In this document: piece after piece, positions 59,093 to 64,000 of the stretch | Numbering within the stretch: position 1 is the stretch's first letter | Layout: each line of letters begins with the position of its first letter | Source: an uncultured Bacteroidota bacterium | GTDB taxonomy: Bacteria; Bacteroidota; Ignavibacteria; UBA10030; UBA6906 | DNA: 64,000 nt | Direction of reading: 5' to 3' | NCBI GenBank assembly: GCA_963700635.1 | Contig: CAVOYH010000003.1 | Coordinates: 480,001-544,000, forward strand | Notes under the pieces: model-generated | Told to the model about the DNA's origin: nothing | The model's input: the letters and a program-made list of their open reading frames with translations, nothing else | Database searches by the model: none | Program-made: the position numbers and the translations under genes

Positions 59093-60417
59093 TGCCGATC
59101 TCCCTTTAGCAACACAACGGTACGGCTCTCAGGAACAAAATACTTCCGCGCAGCCATCTGGATATCCTCCGGAGTTATTCGTTCCAGCGTCCTGTACAAC
59201 TTTTCCACCACATCGATGCCGCCGGTTAACGCAACGAAACGCGCAAGCCTCGCGGCCACATTACCGGGCGTGTCAAGCTGCATCAAAAACTGATACCTGC
59301 GACGCCGTTTCATGTCCGCCAGCCTCCGCACATCAACAGCATGGTCCTGAAATGTTGTGATCGTGGCAAAGATTTGTTCCTGCACTGAAGGCACATCCGC
59401 TTCCTGTTTGACCCTGGCAACAATTTCGAACAGCGGAACGTCCCGGTTCATGGGTATGCTGGGCCACAGTGACTCCAGCTTCTGTTCCCGAATATAGAGC
59501 TTCTTATACAGGTCGCTCGTCTCGCCAAACGCCAGGTCGCCGAGAAGGAGTGCAGCGACATACATACGGTTCTCCGGGTCGAATGCATCGCCCTTGTAGG
59601 CGATATCCAGAATGGGAAGTGTTTTACCGTTATACGTCAACACGGCGCTGCGTTCTTTTTGCTGAGGTGGTTCCGGAGAAATGCGCGGTGCCACATAACC
59701 CTTCTTCCAATTGCTGTAGTACCGCCGGACCAGCGTCAGTGTTCCCTGCATGTGGAAATCCCCCACAATAACCAGAACCACATTCTCGGGGCGGTAATAC
59801 CGATCATAAAACGACTTGCTGTAGGCAAACGCACCCGGCATTGCTTTGATGTCGGCTTCAAATCCGATCGTGGTGTGTTTGTACGTATGGACATCAAAGG
59901 CCAGGTCTTGCAGTTTTTCATTCAACAGGGCGAACGGATTGGTGATACTCTTGCGGTACTCGCCATAAACGGCTCCGGCTTCGGTCTGAAACTCCTGCTC
60001 TTCGTACCAGAGATTCTGGAACCGGTCACTTTCCAGTTCCATCACCTTCTCCAGATCTTCGGTGGCCACATTCAGATGATACGCCGTATAATCATCGGTA
60101 GTGTAGGCATTGGCGTTTGCACCGATACTGGTAATGAGACTATCGTACACCGTCCCGGGATACTGTTTCGTTCCACGGAACATCATGTGTTCAAAAAAAT
60201 GGGCGAAGCCCGTCTTCCCCGGTTCGTATTCATCTCTGCTCCCGGTGCGGACGATGGAGTAGTACGCAACGAGTCCCGGACTTTCCATGGGGACCATGAT
60301 AACGGTCAACCCGTTCGGGAGAACTTCTTTGTAGGTGACGTAGGGGAAGATGGTCTTGGTCATGGCCAGGCTGCCTGTGAAAAGAAACACAAGAAGTAGC
60401 AGGAGATATCGGTACAT
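59089..60417 (-). CDS. M16 (pitrilysin/insulinase) zinc peptidase, catalytic subunit
   Basis: GFAHFFEHMMFRGT (HxxEH), NAYT and EAGAVYGE motifs; signal peptide. Confidence 0.92.
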   Translation of the reverse strand: MYRYLLLLLVFLFTGSLAMTKTIFPYVTYKEVLPNGLTVIMVPMESPGLVAYYSIVRTGSRDEYEPGKTGFAHFFEHMMFRGTKQYPGTVYDSLITSIGANANAYTTDDYTAYHLNVATEDLEKVMELESDRFQNLWYEEQEFQTEAGAVYGEYRKSITNPFALLNEKLQDLAFDVHTYKHTTIGFEADIKAMPGAFAYSKSFYDRYYRPENVVLVIVGDFHMQGTLTLVRRYYSNWKKGYVAPRISPEPPQQKERSAVLTYNGKTLPILDIAYKGDAFDPENRMYVAALLLGDLAFGETSDLYKKLYIREQKLESLWPSIPMNRDVPLFEIVARVKQEADVPSVQEQIFATITTFQDHAVDVRRLADMKRRRRYQFLMQLDTPGNVAARLARFVALTGGIDVVEKLYRTLERITPEDIQMAARKYFVPESRTVVLLKGDRQ

Positions 60418-60480
60418 ACACGCTCCCTAAAAGGACGTTCGTGGACCATTATGAGTGTACAACCACGGACAGAGGGATGC

Positions 60481-62025
60481 TCACCGTCCGATTACTTCTC
60501 TGCCGGCGTGGATATCTGTGCTTGCGTGAATCTCGTTAAGCATTTCAAGATTATCGAGAGCCCACTGCGCAAGCCAGAGAAGTGTCGGTCCCGTGAGGTT
60601 AATGCCGTGATGGGGTTCGATGTGGGCATCGCCCGCAAATTCCCGCCTGGCCGCCGAGGCGCCCGCAAAAGCATCCACCTTTCCGCGTAATGCAAAAATG
60701 GCCGCCTGAAACGTAGAACAGGACACCGGTGGATTAGCGTCGCCATGGATCACATAGCCGGAGGGGAGCTTTGCATGGTTCAGATACCCATGCCAGTGAG
60801 CGAGAGCCAGACCTGAGGAAGCTGTGGCAGCGGCAAACCGGGCTCCGGGCGATACGACCGTCTGCACCGCCGCGACAAGCGCATTGGCTGCAGCGTGGGC
60901 CAGGATTGTGAGTGTGTCATAGGATGGCTTGCAGTCGAGGCCCGGGGTTACACCCCGGGGAGTGGAAAATACTATGGTCCCACGTGAAAGCCCCAGCATC
61001 ACCAGATCCCTCTGAGGATCAATGTTTGATTTATCACAACCGGATCGTGACGTGAGGATCCAGATATCCGGAACCTCCACCCATATCTCTGCTGCCGGCA
61101 TGTGCACCTTCACCCAGAGCGCGTCACCAACGGCCAGCACATCTCCTTCGGCGAGCGTAGATCCAAACTGCGCGCGTGCCTCTGATACGGTGAGCACTCT
61201 GGCGGGCGGCACGGCGAGCTGGCGGGCAAGAAAACCATAGCTCATGCCTGACCGGTGGTCGAGATACGCGGCTGCCAGACGCCTGTAATACCGGTTTCGG
61301 AACTCCAGACTCTCCAGTGATGTGTGAAACAGCATCAGACCTGTATCTGCCCAGAGCTTGCCGCTTTCCTGAAAATCCTTCACGTACGCCCGATACCGCG
61401 GATCGTGCAGATCCAGACCTCCCTCCCGCACATCAAAATCAGAGGCGTGCGGTGGGACAACGGGCGCAGCAATCTTTGGAATCAGCACATGGAAGACATC
61501 CTGCGCAAAGGTGGCGTAGGAACAACGGATAATGGCGCCGTTCATCGTGCAGACCGTCCAGGAGTCAACATCCACGTAAATGACAACCTGGACAATATTC
61601 CACGCAAGCATCCGCACGACACTGTTCAGCCGGTCCTGTGAATGTTTTTCCGTATGCGCCGGGCATGGGCCATCCACGATGCCCACAACTGTTGCACGCC
61701 GGAGATTGGAGACATGGTCGACCGGAAGGTCGCCGGTGTGCAGCTCCCCGGGGGCGATGATGACGATTCCTTCGCGGACTTTTTGTGTGTCGGGGTCAGC
61801 AAGCGCATCGGCATAGCGTACGACGCCGACACCGCACGATGTGAACGCTTCACGAAGCCGCTCACTGAACTGTCCAACCCGTTCGGAGACCATTTGCACC
61901 GGAAAAAATGTCACGGCCAGACTGTGTGCCATCGCCTCAGGCAGCACGGGAATCTGCGTCGTGATGCCCAGGATGGCGTGGACGGCCTGATCAGAGAGAG
62001 CCGGCCTTTTTATGTCGTTATTCAT
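60481..62025 (-). CDS. Hypothetical 514-aa protein with a probable C-terminal class II aldolase/adducin-like metal-binding domain
   Basis: Long ORF overlapping the SDR stop; motifs LTSRSGCDK, KPSYD, AHWHG and EPHHGINLTGPTL. Confidence 0.7.
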   Translation of the reverse strand: MNNDIKRPALSDQAVHAILGITTQIPVLPEAMAHSLAVTFFPVQMVSERVGQFSERLREAFTSCGVGVVRYADALADPDTQKVREGIVIIAPGELHTGDLPVDHVSNLRRATVVGIVDGPCPAHTEKHSQDRLNSVVRMLAWNIVQVVIYVDVDSWTVCTMNGAIIRCSYATFAQDVFHVLIPKIAAPVVPPHASDFDVREGGLDLHDPRYRAYVKDFQESGKLWADTGLMLFHTSLESLEFRNRYYRRLAAAYLDHRSGMSYGFLARQLAVPPARVLTVSEARAQFGSTLAEGDVLAVGDALWVKVHMPAAEIWVEVPDIWILTSRSGCDKSNIDPQRDLVMLGLSRGTIVFSTPRGVTPGLDCKPSYDTLTILAHAAANALVAAVQTVVSPGARFAAATASSGLALAHWHGYLNHAKLPSGYVIHGDANPPVSCSTFQAAIFALRGKVDAFAGASAARREFAGDAHIEPHHGINLTGPTLLWLAQWALDNLEMLNEIHASTDIHAGREVIGR

Positions 62026-62827
62026 ACGTTCTACCCTCTACCATCTCTACTCCCTCAAGTCCGAACACACGCACAACCCAGTCACCAAGCGCCGGCCAGA
62101 GAGCGGAAGCAAGGATTAACGCTTTCGGGCCGAAAAACGAGATCACGATCTCACGCCGCCGCTGCCGCACGGCACGGAGGACGGCCCGGGCCACTCGGGC
62201 CGGGGGTAATTTTCGCGATACCAGAGGAACCCGGAGCGTCCCGATCATCTCGGTATCCACTCGCTCCGGGAGGATCGTGGAGGCATACACTCCGCTGCCG
62301 TGGAGCTCCTGACGCAGCACGTCCATAAAACCGGTTATCGCAAATTTTGAAGCCGCATACGCAGCATCCTTCGGAAGTCCCTTTTTGCCGGCCACCGAAC
62401 TTATGGCGATGATGTGACCATTGCGCTGTGCAAGCAGAAGTGGCAGAACGGCCAGAATCACCGACACGGTGCCATAATAGTTCACATCCATAGTCTTCCG
62501 GATGGTGGCAAGCGTTACGTCTTTCACCGCACTCCGGATGTACACGCCGGCGTTGCACACGACGATGTCTATCCGGTGATATGTTGATTGTGTCAACTCG
62601 ATGAGGTGCTGCACATCCGCCTCACGGCTCACATCGGTGGGCACAACAAGAACCTCGGCTCCCTCCCTCCGTAGCGCCGCAGCCAGATCTTCGAGCGCTT
62701 CAGCAGACCTCGCGGCCAGAACCAGACGCGCGCCTGCCCGCGCAAATGTAAAGGCAATCTCTTTTCCAATCCCCTGCGATGCCCCCGTTATGATCGTGAC
62801 CTTCCCCCGCACTCTATGCTCTCTCAT
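62018..62827 (-). CDS. Classical short-chain dehydrogenase/reductase
   Basis: TGASQGIG, NAG and SSVAG motifs; catalytic YAASK. Confidence 0.93.
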   Translation of the reverse strand: MREHRVRGKVTIITGASQGIGKEIAFTFARAGARLVLAARSAEALEDLAAALRREGAEVLVVPTDVSREADVQHLIELTQSTYHRIDIVVCNAGVYIRSAVKDVTLATIRKTMDVNYYGTVSVILAVLPLLLAQRNGHIIAISSVAGKKGLPKDAAYAASKFAITGFMDVLRQELHGSGVYASTILPERVDTEMIGTLRVPLVSRKLPPARVARAVLRAVRQRRREIVISFFGPKALILASALWPALGDWVVRVFGLEGVEMVEGRTYE

Positions 62828-62932
62828 AGACTCTTTTTCGGGCCTGACGCTTTTCAGACCATTTAGTATTGTTCATCGGGTGCACTCAAAATCGGCGGCA
62901 TACCATCGCTGCGGGAGTAGTTCCAAGGATTT

Positions 62933-62961
62933 AGTGTACGAACTCGCGGGTTGAAAATCAA
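62933..62961 (-). promoter_or_regulatory. sigma-70-type promoter of the SDR operon
   Basis: Minus strand TTGATT-N17-TACACT, about 105 nt upstream of the SDR ATG. Confidence 0.58.
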
Positions 62962-63021
62962 CGGAAGAGGACTCGGGAACGTCGCCCGCCGAACGGCTGC
63001 GGTTGAGGGTGGCACCCTGGG

Positions 63022-64000
63022 TTACGCCCTGTACACCACGTTCCCATCCACCATAGTCATCTCCACCTGCACATTTTCGATCTTTTCGGGAGGAATCCTG
63101 AAGATGTCTTCCGAGAGCACGACCAGATCGGCAACCTTTCCCGGCGTAATACTTCCTTTGTTGTGCTCTTCAAATTCCGCATACGCATTGTTGATCGTAT
63201 AACACCGCACGGCATCTTCGACCGTCACTTTTTGTTCCGGCATCCATCCTCCGGGCCGTCTGCCATCCAGGGTGCGGCGTGTAACCGCGGCGTAGATCCC
63301 GGACAAAGGGTTCAGCGGCGCCACGGTCCAGTCACTGCCGAAACAGAGCCGGACCCCCGCATTCAGAAATGATTTGAATGCATATGCCGTACGCGCGCGA
63401 TCCGGTCCGATGCGGCTTTCGGCCCATACGCCGTCATCAATCGCGTGATAGGGCTGTGCTGAAACGATGACGCCAAGAGCCGCGAACCGGGCGATATCCT
63501 CCTGACGCACATGCTGTGCATGTTCGACCCGGAACCTCCGGTCCCAGGACGGATTGGATCTGAGGATTGTTTCAAACATACCCAGCACCGCATCATTTGC
63601 CCGGTCGCCAATAGCATGAATCGAGAGTTGTAGTCCGTGCAGGTCGGCCTCCGTTGCCCACTGCAGCATCTCGCCGCTGCTGAGCGCTTCCATGGCCAGA
63701 CCGGATGTTGGCTCGTTGACATAGGGTTCAAAAAACCACGCGGTTGTGGAGCCCAGGGATCCATCCGCGAAGGCCTTCATTGAACCGATCCTCACAAATG
63801 GTGTTCCGGAGGCGTGATGGACATTCCGCTCCACAAGTTTCCGGAAACCCGGGAGCGGGAGCCGCGAGTAAATCCGGCAGGTCAGTGTGCCTTCTCGCGC
63901 AAGCTTTGTGTAGATGGGGATATGTGACTCTTCAGAGATGTCGTGTACCGACGTGACTCCGTTCCGGCGCGCAACGTCGAGTGCGTGCATCACACACTGC
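63022..64000 (-). CDS. YtcJ-like amidohydrolase (Amidohydro_3), 5' part outside the window
   Basis: KAFADGSLGSTTA, HAIGDRAN, RVEHAQ, GSDW and KGSITPGKVADLVVL motifs; frame open to the window end. Confidence 0.92.
   Translation of the reverse strand, partial: QCVMHALDVARRNGVTSVHDISEESHIPIYTKLAREGTLTCRIYSRLPLPGFRKLVERNVHHASGTPFVRIGSMKAFADGSLGSTTAWFFEPYVNEPTSGLAMEALSSGEMLQWATEADLHGLQLSIHAIGDRANDAVLGMFETILRSNPSWDRRFRVEHAQHVRQEDIARFAALGVIVSAQPYHAIDDGVWAESRIGPDRARTAYAFKSFLNAGVRLCFGSDWTVAPLNPLSGIYAAVTRRTLDGRRPGGWMPEQKVTVEDAVRCYTINNAYAEFEEHNKGSITPGKVADLVVLSEDIFRIPPEKIENVQVEMTMVDGNVVYRA

Noticed and set aside
57587-60417. Second M16 gene as a pseudogene
   Set aside because: Intact ORF; catalytic plus non-catalytic M16B heterodimer pairs are well known.

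Overview
A gene-dense, roughly 55-60% GC (estimated by eye) chromosomal window, most likely from a non-Bacteroidia member of the FCB group (Ignavibacteria/Kryptonia-like). That placement is inferred from T9SS C-terminal sorting domains, a TonB/ExbBD cluster, canonical TTG-N17-TAnnnT promoters and AGGAG ribosome-binding sites. I saw no mobile elements, CRISPR arrays or rRNA. Gene content in order: hypF(3' part)-hypC-hypD-hypE-buk-ptb; fatty-acid hydroxylase; GNAT and DUF1207-like protein; lamin-tail T9SS protein; response regulator; TonB-dependent receptor with a T9SS partner behind an 11-bp-periodic Pho-box-like array; RlmD-like methyltransferase; STAS - adenylate cyclase/STAND NTPase/2TM - D-Ala-D-Ala dipeptidase operon; ppk1; tricorn protease; citrate synthase; GT4; M14 peptidase, Smr and HMA proteins; Nudix CoA pyrophosphatase; SigH-like ECF sigma with a putative self-promoter; a sigma-54-promoter STAS-exbB-exbD-exbD-tonB-(small TM)-PstS-like-TPR operon next to a KinB/AlgB-like two-component pair; CNNM protein; GH13; two DUF1624-like genes; hpnCDE; tRNA-Met(CAT)-tilS-hpt-ftsH; an M16 peptidase pair; an SDR plus a hypothetical protein with a probable cryptic class II aldolase domain; and a partial amidohydrolase. 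The best candidates for undescribed systems are the membrane-anchored cyclase-STAND operon, the sigma-54/STAS-headed TonB-motor operon, and the SDR plus cryptic aldolase pair. Several genes also appear to be leaderless. All calls come from reading motifs by eye; no database searches were run.
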